Shown piece after piece: positions 50,279 to 59,228 of a stretch of DNA of 64,000 nucleotides (position 1 is the first letter of the stretch; the number at the start of each line of letters is the position of its first letter). The notes under the pieces are model-generated. The model was not told the DNA's origin, made no database searches, and saw only the letters and a list, made by a program, of their open reading frames with translations. A program made the translations under genes and the position numbers. This DNA comes from an uncultured Gammaproteobacteria bacterium (GTDB lineage Bacteria; Patescibacteriota; Microgenomatia; Levybacterales; GWA1-39-11): positions 151,858 to 215,857 of the forward strand of contig CAZXND010000001.1 of the NCBI GenBank assembly GCA_964641355.1. The letters are read 5' to 3'.

Positions 50279-50854
50279 TTATTTTGAGTGAGGGAAGAGA
50301 TTATTTACAGATTTTTCGAACTTTTTCATCCGCATAATTTCGTGTGTCAACGCCTTCTTATTTTTTCCACTCAACTTTTTTTCATAAGGAGAAATAATTT
50401 CTTGATGTTTTCTTATAGATTGCTTCATTTGCTCAAGAAGGGGCTGGATATCTTCATTCATTTTTTTCGCCTTCTCGATATTAACGATGGCATCATCAAA
50501 ATAATTATTACTCTTAGAAAGAGTGTCTATTGCTATATCGTTTTTATTTTTGTCAAAAAGGAAAGTCGCAGCATTTGCTCTTTTATCTGATGCAAGAAGA
50601 TCAAAACTAGCTTTTTTAAGAGAATCAGATATTAAAGTACTAACGATTTTATCTCGTAAAACTTTTAAATTATACAAAGGGTTTCCAGGAAGAAGTCCTG
50701 GATATGGCATGTTGTAATTGATCTTTTCAACTTTAGGAGTATCTGTTGATATACTCTCTTCTTCCATCATTAATTCCTGAGCATAAGTTTTTGTAGAAAG
50801 AGAAAGGATGGCAACTAATATTAATACAAGACATACAACTTTAAAAGATTTCAT
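50279..50854 (-). CDS. Hypothetical secreted alpha-helical protein
   Basis: ATG at 50854 gives MKSFKVVCLVLILVAILSLSTKTYAQE, a signal peptide. 191 aa with no motifs. The track's TTG start at 50872 was rejected. Confidence 0.35.
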   Translation of the reverse strand: MKSFKVVCLVLILVAILSLSTKTYAQELMMEEESISTDTPKVEKINYNMPYPGLLPGNPLYNLKVLRDKIVSTLISDSLKKASFDLLASDKRANAATFLFDKNKNDIAIDTLSKSNNYFDDAIVNIEKAKKMNEDIQPLLEQMKQSIRKHQEIISPYEKKLSGKNKKALTHEIMRMKKFEKSVNNLFPHSK

Positions 50855-50938
50855 GAGGAAATGATAGATCAAATAGCTTCTATTGTCAACTCAGGTAGAA
50901 TTGACTTTTTAAATGATTTTAAGTCATACTAAATAAAG

Positions 50939-52558
50939 ATGAACCTTCTATCCAAGCTTTCTTTATCTCGTATAACTACATATTATATAGTAGCTCTTCT
51001 TTTCTTTGTATTTTTCTCTCTTCTTCCATCTCAAGCTCTTGCACAATCCCCACTCAACATAAATACACAAGAGGGTGTAGAGAATAACATCCACACATAC
51101 TCACAAATTGCAATGATTGAAGTTTTAAGAAGTGCATCATGCTTCTTAACAGGCAAAGACCCTCTTGCGGTTAAAGCACAATGTATAGGAGTTAATCCCA
51201 TCTCAGGCAAATATGGGTACATTAATCAAGAAAACAATGGAATGATCGGAGTTATGGGTAATTTAATGTCTATGACATTCAACATTCCAATCAGCACCGG
51301 CCAATATTCATCTTATCTTGCAAATGATTTTGGTATAGCAAAAAAGACTTATGCTCAGGGACCTGGATTTCCTGGTCTTGCACCTGTTCTTAACCTTTGG
51401 AAAACTTTTAGAAATATTTCATACTTACTGTTTGTACTCATATTTATCGCTCTTGGTCTTGGAATAATGTTTCGAGTCAAAGTTGATCCGCGTACAGTTA
51501 TGACCGTACAAAATCAAATTCCCAAAATTATTATCGCGTTGGTTCTCGTAAGTCTTTCGTATGCGATTGTTGGATTTCTGATAGATCTAATGTTTGGGTT
51601 CATTTATCTTGAGTTTAATATGATCGGATCATCAACCCCAGATATTCAAACCAATATTTTTTCTTTTGTTAATAATACTATTGACCTTGAAGGAGGAGGA
51701 ATTTTTGGAACAATGATGCTTTCCTCTCTATCAGTTGGGAAGATTATAGCTTCTTCCTTTAATAATCTTTTTGCAGAACTAGGAAGCTCTCTTCTGGGAA
51801 CTGCTACAAAAGCAATTGGAGTGCTTTTAATACCTGTGACCTTTGGTGCGTCAGGAATTCCAGCAGGTTGTGACATCGCAGGAAAAATAGGAATTGGACC
51901 AGTAAGTATAAGAGATATTCCATTTATTTCTTCTGGTTGTGATGCAGTTGATAATCTTCCTCAAATAATAATCGGGGCGATAACAACAATTCTGGCATTT
52001 TTGGTTATAGCGATTGCAGTACTCTGGGCATTATTTAGAACATGGTTTATGCTTATCAGAGCTTTTGTCTATATTCTTATAGATACTCTTTTTGCTCCTC
52101 TTTGGATATCTGTTGGAATTTTGCCAGGTGCATCAGGTCTTGGATTTGAAAAATGGATAAGGCATTTGATGGCAAACATTTCTGTTTTTCCTGTAGTCGT
52201 TGGAATGTACTTAATAGCCAATTCACTAATCCACTCATTTGGCGGCGCCAATAGTTTTACACCTCCTCTAGTTGGGAACCCAAGTCAATCAGATGCAATA
52301 GGAGCGCTTATTGCTCTTGGATTTATTCTTTCCACTCCACAAGCTATATCAACAACAAGAAACGCCTTTAAAGCACCCGACTTTAAGCTCGTCGCACTCA
52401 AAACAGCGCTTGGAGTTGGGGTTGGAGGACCAAGAAGAGTTGTAAGCGGAGGACTAGGATACGTATACAGTCCGAAGCACGATCCAAAATCAGGAACCGT
52501 TATTTATCCTGCTGGTCCTATTGGAAAAGGGTTGAGAGCGCTTGGGATTATTCGCTAG
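50939..52558 (+). CDS. Polytopic membrane protein with N-terminal secreted domain; candidate VirB6/TrbL-like channel subunit
   Basis: Signal peptide, extracytoplasmic domain of about 130 aa, then at least 6 TM helices. Assigned by architecture and genomic context (same locus as the PrgI-like and VirB4-like genes), not by motif. Confidence 0.3.
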   Translation: MNLLSKLSLSRITTYYIVALLFFVFFSLLPSQALAQSPLNINTQEGVENNIHTYSQIAMIEVLRSASCFLTGKDPLAVKAQCIGVNPISGKYGYINQENNGMIGVMGNLMSMTFNIPISTGQYSSYLANDFGIAKKTYAQGPGFPGLAPVLNLWKTFRNISYLLFVLIFIALGLGIMFRVKVDPRTVMTVQNQIPKIIIALVLVSLSYAIVGFLIDLMFGFIYLEFNMIGSSTPDIQTNIFSFVNNTIDLEGGGIFGTMMLSSLSVGKIIASSFNNLFAELGSSLLGTATKAIGVLLIPVTFGASGIPAGCDIAGKIGIGPVSIRDIPFISSGCDAVDNLPQIIIGAITTILAFLVIAIAVLWALFRTWFMLIRAFVYILIDTLFAPLWISVGILPGASGLGFEKWIRHLMANISVFPVVVGMYLIANSLIHSFGGANSFTPPLVGNPSQSDAIGALIALGFILSTPQAISTTRNAFKAPDFKLVALKTALGVGVGGPRRVVSGGLGYVYSPKHDPKSGTVIYPAGPIGKGLRALGIIR

Positions 52559-55500
52559 CTTGAAGTAAGGTTCTTAAGATCGAGTACCACTGTTGTTTCA
52601 ATCATCGCAATAATTATTAACGCAAGAATACCTCTTGCGGAATAGAGCTTAAGTCGTCCATTTTTATCCACTTCAAGAATTGATTCTAAATCCCTAAATT
52701 GCTTCTCAGCATTATGCGTTCTCTCTTCAATCAACTTTCTCTGCTCCTCATCAGATAGAAGTTTTTCTTCATCGCTTAATTCTCCGACGCTATTTGCAAG
52801 CTTAATTCTAATATGGTCTAACTTTTCTCGCAAATCATCTCTTGTTAGAGATGCAGCCTGAGGACCGTAAATTTCCTCGAGTCTTGAAGTTGCTCTTCTA
52901 AAAGGTTTGTCTATTCCAAAAACATCCCAGAAAAATCCTTTTTTCGCCACTTCAAAAAGAGTACCAACCGTGTGTCTAACTGATTTTGCCCTACCCCCTT
53001 GTCCCAGATATTGACTGGCTGATTCTGCAAATTCCATCGCAGATTTGACACGCTCATCAATACCTTCTGATTTAAGAAAAGCAGTAAGCGCTGAGCCGGC
53101 CTTCATTGCGTTTGATATATCATTCATGTTTCTAACCAAAGCATCTGCGCCCCTATCTTTAGACCAAATACTTGAAAGCATTTTCAAGCCAGACCCTTCT
53201 GGACCTTCTTCAAGATCTTTTATAGAAATGTCATCTACCCTAAGAGTTCTTGTATAGATGTCATCAAATTCTTTTCCCCATGAAAGTTTTTTAATTTTTT
53301 CCGAAGTAACGAAACCCTGCATAGAAGAAAACATTTTTTCAAGTTTTTCTGCCTCTTCTTCGCTTCTTAAAAATTTCACCAAAGCACTCCTTTGCATGGG
53401 AGTTAGATGTGCAAAGTCAATTTGCTCTGGTACTCCTTCATTAAATTTTCCATTTAAAGCATCTTCTCTCATCTTGCTTATTATTGCTCCATACTCTTGT
53501 TTGAAACCATCAAATTTATTCTGTGCCTTAAATGCTTTCACTTTCCTTTTTAGCGAGTCTAACTCTTCCCTTCCAAGGGAGAGCGCTTTGCTTGATAGCT
53601 TTTCTAAATTTTCATCATCAAAATAGGATTTAAAAAATTCGAATTCTTTTTTGTCTGTTCCGTCGTATTTTATTTCTACAAAGGGCGAGGACGGATCAAG
53701 AAGAAGCTCTTGAAAATCAGAATCACTAGGAGCTTTATCTCTAAAAAGTCTTATCACTTCTTCGGTTCTAAATTTTCTAATTTTTTTCCAAATGTCTTCT
53801 AGCTCACTGAGCTTTGATTCTTTGTCTTTTGGATTTCTTGTAGCTCCTTTCAACTGCATAAAAAGCCCAAAATTATTAGCCTCTTTTACTGTCTCTTTGA
53901 ATCTACTTACATCTGACATCCTACCACTCAACTCAAATTCCTTTAATCTTTCCTCGATAAGATCATATGCCTCGCCTTCGCTTATTATTCCGAGCTTAGT
54001 CGCCACTTTATATTCAAAAAACTCTCTGTGCCTCTCTCGAATACCAAGAATTCTCCAACCAGAAGAATAAAAATCAGCTACTGCAAATAGGTCCTTAAAA
54101 AGTTTAGAACCTGCTCTTTCAGCTTCTAAATCATTCTCGTATTTAATTCCCAACTCACTAGCTCTTTCATAAGCCATTCTAAGCTTCATCTCTCTTAGAA
54201 ACTCTCTATCCTCAGCATTAAGAATGTTAAATTTTCCAGTGAGGAATTCTTCATAGTTAAAGATATTGAAAGCAGCACCTGGATCAGAATAGATGGCTAG
54301 AAGGCCCGGTGCATGTTCACCACGAGAAGCAATAACTATTTCTCTTTGCGAATCAACCAAAATGTCATAGGCCGTTCTAATAGACCTCTCTACTTTTTTT
54401 CTAGCACGGTCTAAATCTAATAAATTCCCTTTCTCATCTTTAAACTCATAAACACCAGCTTCAACCATCTTCATTTGTTCTTCGATAAGATCTTCATTGA
54501 CTCTTGTAACAGTCTCAGAATATAAATGCTGCTCGAATCCTCCTTGTCTTAATCTCTCATCTTCAAGCTTGTCGGCTATTCTAAAATACATGGCTTGAGT
54601 AAAACCGTCTTCAAAACTAAGTGCCTTAAACATCCCATGAGATTGAAGTCTTGAGGCTGCACCTTGGATTTGCTCAATTGATCTTGATTCAACGTTAACC
54701 CGCATAAATAACGAGTTTATAAGAATATTGTATCGCTCAGAAAATTCGGTAAGAACTTTTGTTCCATCAGCTCTATTTCCAATAGTAATTTCAAGATATC
54801 TAGTCGCTTCTCCAAAAGCTCTTTGGAGAGTCTCAAAAACAGGAGACTCTAATTCATTTCCTCTTCTTGCTGTATCATAAAATAGATCAAACTTCTCACT
54901 TAACCATCCCTGAGGATCAATGTCCAACTGTTCCATATCCTCAGACTGAATTGTAAAAAAGTTTCTTCTTTCTCTATCCTGTGAATGACTCAAGCGTTTT
55001 TCTATTGCAGACTCTTGATCAGCTATGGACTTTAGAACCTGCGCCTTCTCAACTCCATTAACACCCTCCATTTCATCAACTCTTTTAAAAGCCGCCCTTA
55101 GTTCTTCCAACTGTCTCCCTACATTACCCTGAAAAATATCAAAATTACGATTAACCCTTCCTATTTCTGCAATAAGCGATAAGTCTTTTATACCCTTATT
55201 ACCAATCGCATCTGCCCCACCCTCAACAGGTTTAACACCCATCTCTCCTAAAATTCTAGCGACCTGTCTTTCCTCTGAGGATATTACCTGGCCCCTACCT
55301 TCTCTTTCTTCAAAATGTTTCTGCCAATCGTTTGTCATGCTACTTATTTGAGGATTAGTTAAAAGTTCGCTGCCTCGACCTTGATAGGGTTTGCTTCTAA
55401 TCTCAGCTGCCCCTTTTCTAACATCAAGATTTATTTTTCCATCAAAAGAAGCTGGACTTCCTTCTTGTTTCGGTTCCATTCTACCTTCCAGTGTATAAGG

Positions 55501-55563
55501 GTTCACTCTTTGTGTCAACTCAGATTGATTTAAAAAGATTATTCTTTCTTTCATAGATCGCAT
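52555..55563 (-). CDS. Giant (1002 aa) alpha-helical/coiled-coil protein with single C-terminal TM helix (tail-anchored)
   Basis: No enzymatic motifs found. It is charged and Glu/Lys/Arg-rich. The only hydrophobic segment is C-terminal (GILALIIIAMIETTVVL). Its 5' end overlaps the VirB6-like gene by 4 nt on the opposite strand. Confidence 0.4.
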   Translation of the reverse strand: MRSMKERIIFLNQSELTQRVNPYTLEGRMEPKQEGSPASFDGKINLDVRKGAAEIRSKPYQGRGSELLTNPQISSMTNDWQKHFEEREGRGQVISSEERQVARILGEMGVKPVEGGADAIGNKGIKDLSLIAEIGRVNRNFDIFQGNVGRQLEELRAAFKRVDEMEGVNGVEKAQVLKSIADQESAIEKRLSHSQDRERRNFFTIQSEDMEQLDIDPQGWLSEKFDLFYDTARRGNELESPVFETLQRAFGEATRYLEITIGNRADGTKVLTEFSERYNILINSLFMRVNVESRSIEQIQGAASRLQSHGMFKALSFEDGFTQAMYFRIADKLEDERLRQGGFEQHLYSETVTRVNEDLIEEQMKMVEAGVYEFKDEKGNLLDLDRARKKVERSIRTAYDILVDSQREIVIASRGEHAPGLLAIYSDPGAAFNIFNYEEFLTGKFNILNAEDREFLREMKLRMAYERASELGIKYENDLEAERAGSKLFKDLFAVADFYSSGWRILGIRERHREFFEYKVATKLGIISEGEAYDLIEERLKEFELSGRMSDVSRFKETVKEANNFGLFMQLKGATRNPKDKESKLSELEDIWKKIRKFRTEEVIRLFRDKAPSDSDFQELLLDPSSPFVEIKYDGTDKKEFEFFKSYFDDENLEKLSSKALSLGREELDSLKRKVKAFKAQNKFDGFKQEYGAIISKMREDALNGKFNEGVPEQIDFAHLTPMQRSALVKFLRSEEEAEKLEKMFSSMQGFVTSEKIKKLSWGKEFDDIYTRTLRVDDISIKDLEEGPEGSGLKMLSSIWSKDRGADALVRNMNDISNAMKAGSALTAFLKSEGIDERVKSAMEFAESASQYLGQGGRAKSVRHTVGTLFEVAKKGFFWDVFGIDKPFRRATSRLEEIYGPQAASLTRDDLREKLDHIRIKLANSVGELSDEEKLLSDEEQRKLIEERTHNAEKQFRDLESILEVDKNGRLKLYSARGILALIIIAMIETTVVLDLKNLTSS

Positions 55564-55600
55564 TTTACAGACTCAAAACCCTCTTTACTTGATAATCTCC

Positions 55601-55620
55601 TCACAATTTCATCACAATTT
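55601..55620. promoter_or_regulatory. Tandem direct repeats TCACAATTT-n2-TCACAATTT in divergent promoter region
   Basis: Two perfect 9-bp copies with an 11-bp period. They overlap the -35 region of a TATAAT (55643..55648) that lies only 6 nt from the ATG of the NTPase-wHTH gene, suggesting a leaderless transcript. Confidence 0.35.
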
Positions 55621-55654
55621 AGCCTCAAGAAAATAAATAGGTTATAATATTCTC

Positions 55655-56980
55655 ATGAAACAAAACGAAGCCTCTCATTTTGAATCCCTCTATCCTGCCG
55701 AAACCCGAGAGAAAGAAATTGGCGAAATCATTGGGTTTGTAAAAAAGGGCTTATCTTCACAACTAATTGGTCTTCCAGGAAGTGGGAAAAGCAATGTTTT
55801 AAATCTTTTAACATACAACAGAAAAGTGCGAACTCTTCATTTAGGAAACGCGCAAAATAAATACCATTTCGTATACATGGATTTTTCCGAAATTAAAGGT
55901 CGAAATAATTTTGAAGTTATTAAATTTATTCTAATTTCACTCGCCTATTCACTTTCTGAAAGAAGAATGAATAAAGAATATGGAGAGATAAATAAATATT
56001 TAAAAGAAGCAATTTCATTTAATGATGAGCTCATTCTTTTCCAAGCGCTTAAAAAAAGCATTGATTTTCTAGCAAACGAATTAGACCTTACCGTAATCCT
56101 TCTACTGGACAGGTTTGATCAATATTTTTACGATGTATCAGATTCCTTTTTTCTTAATTTAAAAATTCTAAGAAATAGGGCGAAGTATAAATTTTCTACC
56201 GTTTTCTCACTTTCACGCTCAATACAAGAACTCCTAGAAGAAGACGTTTATTCTGAATTTTCTGAATTTTTTTCTCAAAACAAGGTCTTTCTTAGTCTTT
56301 TTGACAAAATAGGCATAGCATTTAGACTTTCATATCTTGATAAAACCACTAATAAAAAAACAAGTGAAATGACAAAAAAAGAACTTCTAAGAATAACATC
56401 CGGACATGGAAAATTGACTCGAGTAGGATACGAACTTTTACTTTCTGAAAAAGAAATATCCGACATTGAAAACTTTTTAGAACAAAAAGACATTATTAAA
56501 AAAGTCTGTTATGAAATTTGGGATACTCTTACCCCTGCCGAACAAAATATTTTAATAAAAATTTCAAAAAAAGAAGATATAAAAATCCCAAATTATTTTG
56601 AAGAAATAGAACTTATAAAAAACGGGGAAATATATATTCCAATTTTTGAAAAATTTCTAAGCAAAGTAAAATTCAAAAACGAATTAATAGTTTATGATGA
56701 AGGAAAAAATGAGATACTTAAAGGTCAAGATAATTTAACAGATGTTTTAACTCCGCTAGAATTTAGAGTCTTAAGATTTTTAATTATAAATAAAGATAGA
56801 ACTTGCGAAAAAGAGGAAATTATTAACTCTGTATGGAAAGACTCAAAAACACAAGAAGGAGTTAGCGACCAAGCCTTAGATCAAATCGCTTATAGACTTA
56901 GAAAAAAGATTGAGAATGACCCCAACAATCCAAATTACATTTTAACTATCAAGGGTCGTGGTTTTAAATTTAATCCTTAA
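55655..56980 (+). CDS. P-loop NTPase fused to C-terminal OmpR/PhoB-type winged-helix DNA-binding domain (putative locus regulator)
   Basis: N-terminal Walker A LIGLPGSGKSNVLNLL in an AAA/STAND-like domain of about 250 aa. The C-terminal 100 aa match the trans_reg_C pattern (LTPLEFRVLRFLIINKDRTCEKEEIINSVW...SDQALDQIAYRLRKKIE...ILTIKGRGFKF). Confidence 0.55.
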   Translation: MKQNEASHFESLYPAETREKEIGEIIGFVKKGLSSQLIGLPGSGKSNVLNLLTYNRKVRTLHLGNAQNKYHFVYMDFSEIKGRNNFEVIKFILISLAYSLSERRMNKEYGEINKYLKEAISFNDELILFQALKKSIDFLANELDLTVILLLDRFDQYFYDVSDSFFLNLKILRNRAKYKFSTVFSLSRSIQELLEEDVYSEFSEFFSQNKVFLSLFDKIGIAFRLSYLDKTTNKKTSEMTKKELLRITSGHGKLTRVGYELLLSEKEISDIENFLEQKDIIKKVCYEIWDTLTPAEQNILIKISKKEDIKIPNYFEEIELIKNGEIYIPIFEKFLSKVKFKNELIVYDEGKNEILKGQDNLTDVLTPLEFRVLRFLIINKDRTCEKEEIINSVWKDSKTQEGVSDQALDQIAYRLRKKIENDPNNPNYILTIKGRGFKFNP

Positions 56981-56982
56981 GC

Positions 56983-58353
56983 TTGTATTTTAAATTTAGA
57001 TTCGGTTATGATTTAAGAGTGAGAAAATTCCTTCTTCTAATAATAATTCTAATTACTTTTTTTTCTATATCAAAGATTTCCTTTGCACAAGAACAAAAAA
57101 CCCCATCTTCTACTCCTGCTGCTTCTGATCCAAACGGTTACGGAGCAATTATTACTAGCCCATCGAATCCGGACGACATAGTTGAAGGGCACAAGATTAT
57201 AACTGTAAAATTCACAATCCCATCATCAGAAATTGGAAATGAATTTTTACTTTGTCAGGAAGCAGATTGCGGTGAAACTCACGACAAATTAAATAATGGA
57301 ATCGCAGACTCAAAACCCACTACGGCAAGTTTTGATATTAAAGTATGTGGAGCAGAAGCTGGAGTTTTACAAACCAATAATTGCGAAAACAGTGGCTCTG
57401 ATCTTTACGGTGGAATGATGTACTATCTTACATTGGTAAAACATGAAAGAGAATCAACTGGGCAAGTAACAACCTCGGAATCATTCACTCCTGTTGCGAG
57501 TGTCAGTTTTTATGTTAAAAGAATCTATCCAAATGTTGATTTAACTTCTGAAAACGAAAACAAACCGCGTATTGGATCGAAGCCTATCTTACATTTCAGC
57601 CAAAACGAATTTCCAGTACCAGAAGATGCCCTTACTGATACTTATACGTATAAAGTTCAAGTTTTTAAAATTGGAGCAAGTGATGAAGAGTATGACTATC
57701 AAGAAGAAGTAGAACTAAATGAAAATAATAAGTCTGATGACCTCAAAATAACTACAAACGGGGAGACCGGAGGTGGCCTCCCGGAAGGAAATTACATTGT
57801 AAAAATTTTCCGTAAATCCTCCCCCTTCACTGATTCTGCAAATACAGTAGTCGGGGGAGATGGTTTTCTAATGTACACAATCGATTTTAGCGTCACGAAT
57901 AATGGGGGAAAGATAGGAGTAAAGAAGAAAGACCCAGAAGGGAAAGATAATAGACTTTTTGCTGCAGGAGATCAGCTCAGTCCGACCCCTCCTCCACTTC
58001 CCTGCTTGGAAGGGTGGAAAGACGATCAAAAAACTATAATATCTCAGGATCCTAAAGAAATAAAATATTGTACGAAAGTTGGTACAGCGCTGGGAAGTCT
58101 TGAGGTAATGCCTCTTGGATTAATATCAAATCTTCTAAGATGGTTCCTTGGTATTGCCGGATCCGCTTCGCTTATTATCTTTCTTTATGCAGGATATGTA
58201 TTAATGACATCAGCTGGAAACAAGGAAAAGGTTCAGGGGGCACGTGAAACAATAACCTCAGCCATTGTTGGACTGATATTTATCATTTTTTCTGTAGCAA
58301 TTCTTGAATTTATCGGCGTTGATATCTTGCAAATTCCAGGACTTGGAAAATAG
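56983..58353 (+). CDS. Secreted Cys-containing 330-aa domain fused via Pro-rich linker to a C-terminal VirB2/TrbC-like two-TM pilin module (candidate tip adhesin/minor pilin)
   Basis: Signal peptide, a soluble domain with 6 Cys, a SPTPPPLP linker, then ...LISNLLRWFLGIAGSASLIIFLYAGYVLMTSAGNKEKVQGARETITSAIVGLIFIIF..., which is homologous to the three downstream small proteins. Confidence 0.45.
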   Translation: MYFKFRFGYDLRVRKFLLLIIILITFFSISKISFAQEQKTPSSTPAASDPNGYGAIITSPSNPDDIVEGHKIITVKFTIPSSEIGNEFLLCQEADCGETHDKLNNGIADSKPTTASFDIKVCGAEAGVLQTNNCENSGSDLYGGMMYYLTLVKHERESTGQVTTSESFTPVASVSFYVKRIYPNVDLTSENENKPRIGSKPILHFSQNEFPVPEDALTDTYTYKVQVFKIGASDEEYDYQEEVELNENNKSDDLKITTNGETGGGLPEGNYIVKIFRKSSPFTDSANTVVGGDGFLMYTIDFSVTNNGGKIGVKKKDPEGKDNRLFAAGDQLSPTPPPLPCLEGWKDDQKTIISQDPKEIKYCTKVGTALGSLEVMPLGLISNLLRWFLGIAGSASLIIFLYAGYVLMTSAGNKEKVQGARETITSAIVGLIFIIFSVAILEFIGVDILQIPGLGK

Positions 58354-58356
58354 CCA

Positions 58357-58701
58357 ATGAAAGATTTATTAGCTCTGACAGTACAAAACCCAAGCGGAGT
58401 AATCGAAAAATTGAGTCCTCCTCCCGAAATAATCAGTGGGCCGGGCACAACAAATACAATAGTGAGATTTGGTCTTAATCTTCTTGTTGTTACTGGAATT
58501 ACCGCATCTCTTATCTATATGCTTCTTGCCGGAATTAAATGGATAACTTCTGGCGGAGACAAACAGAAGATCGAAGAGGCAAGGAAGGGAATTACATATT
58601 CAATAGTTGGAATTATTATTATTTCTTTGTCTTTTGTAATCATACATTTAATAGGAGAAATATTAGGCGTACAGCTTCTCTCAAGGTTTGGTGTTAAATA
58701 A
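58357..58701 (+). CDS. Two-TM pilin-like protein (VirB2/TrbC-like topology), paralog 1
   Basis: 114 aa: ...NTIVRFGLNLLVVTGITASLIYMLLAGIKWITSGGDKQKIEEARKGITYSIVGIIIISLSF... Hydrophobic helix, conserved charged loop, hydrophobic helix. Confidence 0.45.
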   Translation: MKDLLALTVQNPSGVIEKLSPPPEIISGPGTTNTIVRFGLNLLVVTGITASLIYMLLAGIKWITSGGDKQKIEEARKGITYSIVGIIIISLSFVIIHLIGEILGVQLLSRFGVK

Positions 58702-58713
58702 AAAGTTGCACTA

Positions 58714-58742
58714 TTGACAAACTTTTTAGAACATGCTCTAAT
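58714..58742 (+). promoter_or_regulatory. Sigma-70-like promoter (TTGACA-17-TCTAAT) upstream of the signal-peptide-bearing pilin paralog
   Basis: A perfect -35 hexamer with 17-bp spacing to an A/T-rich -10, about 10 nt upstream of the ATG at 58752. Confidence 0.3.
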
Positions 58743-58751
58743 AAATTAGAT

Positions 58752-59189
58752 ATGAAAAAATCACTTAACTTAAAAAAGGCAATAATTCCCTTATCGGCTT
58801 TTGCTTTACTTGCAGTTGCGACTCCAGCATTTGCTGCCACCCAACAACAAGTGATTGACTTAAGTCCTGTTAATGGAGTTGTTCCTAGTAGTGCTGTTCA
58901 AGTAAGTGACGTTATAAGATTTATTATCAATTTACTTGTAGTCATCGCTGTAATTGCTTCTCTTGTATACCTTATTTACGGAGGACTTCGATGGGTAATT
59001 TCAGGTGGGGACAAAGAGAAAGTTGAAGCAGCAAGAAAAACAGTAGTTGCTGCAATTATCGGCTTGGTCGTTGTTCTTCTCTCATGGGTTATAATCACAG
59101 TTGTGATGCAAATCGTAACTGGAAAGGCGCTTAATAATTTCACTCTTCCTACACTACAATCTCCAAACACACAAACTAAACCTCAATAA
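58752..59189 (+). CDS. Two-TM pilin-like protein with cleavable signal peptide (candidate major pilin), paralog 2
   Basis: 145 aa. Signal peptide MKKSLNLKKAIIPLSAFALLAVATPAFA|A, then ...SDVIRFIINLLVVIAVIASLVYLIYGGLRWVISGGDKEKVEAARKTVVAAIIGLVVVLLSW... About 60% identical to paralog 1 across the core. Confidence 0.5.
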   Translation: MKKSLNLKKAIIPLSAFALLAVATPAFAATQQQVIDLSPVNGVVPSSAVQVSDVIRFIINLLVVIAVIASLVYLIYGGLRWVISGGDKEKVEAARKTVVAAIIGLVVVLLSWVIITVVMQIVTGKALNNFTLPTLQSPNTQTKPQ

Positions 59190-59228
59190 CCTCCTTTTAC
59201 TTTCTCAAAATTTTTATATAATAAAATA

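Noticed and set aside
50855-50938. Possible palindromic operator (TTGTCAAC / TTGACT) in the divergent region upstream of the VirB6-like gene
   Set aside because: The sequences resemble ordinary -35 hexamers for the two divergent promoters. There is no convincing dyad symmetry beyond 6 bp, and the TCACAATTT-family motif is absent here.
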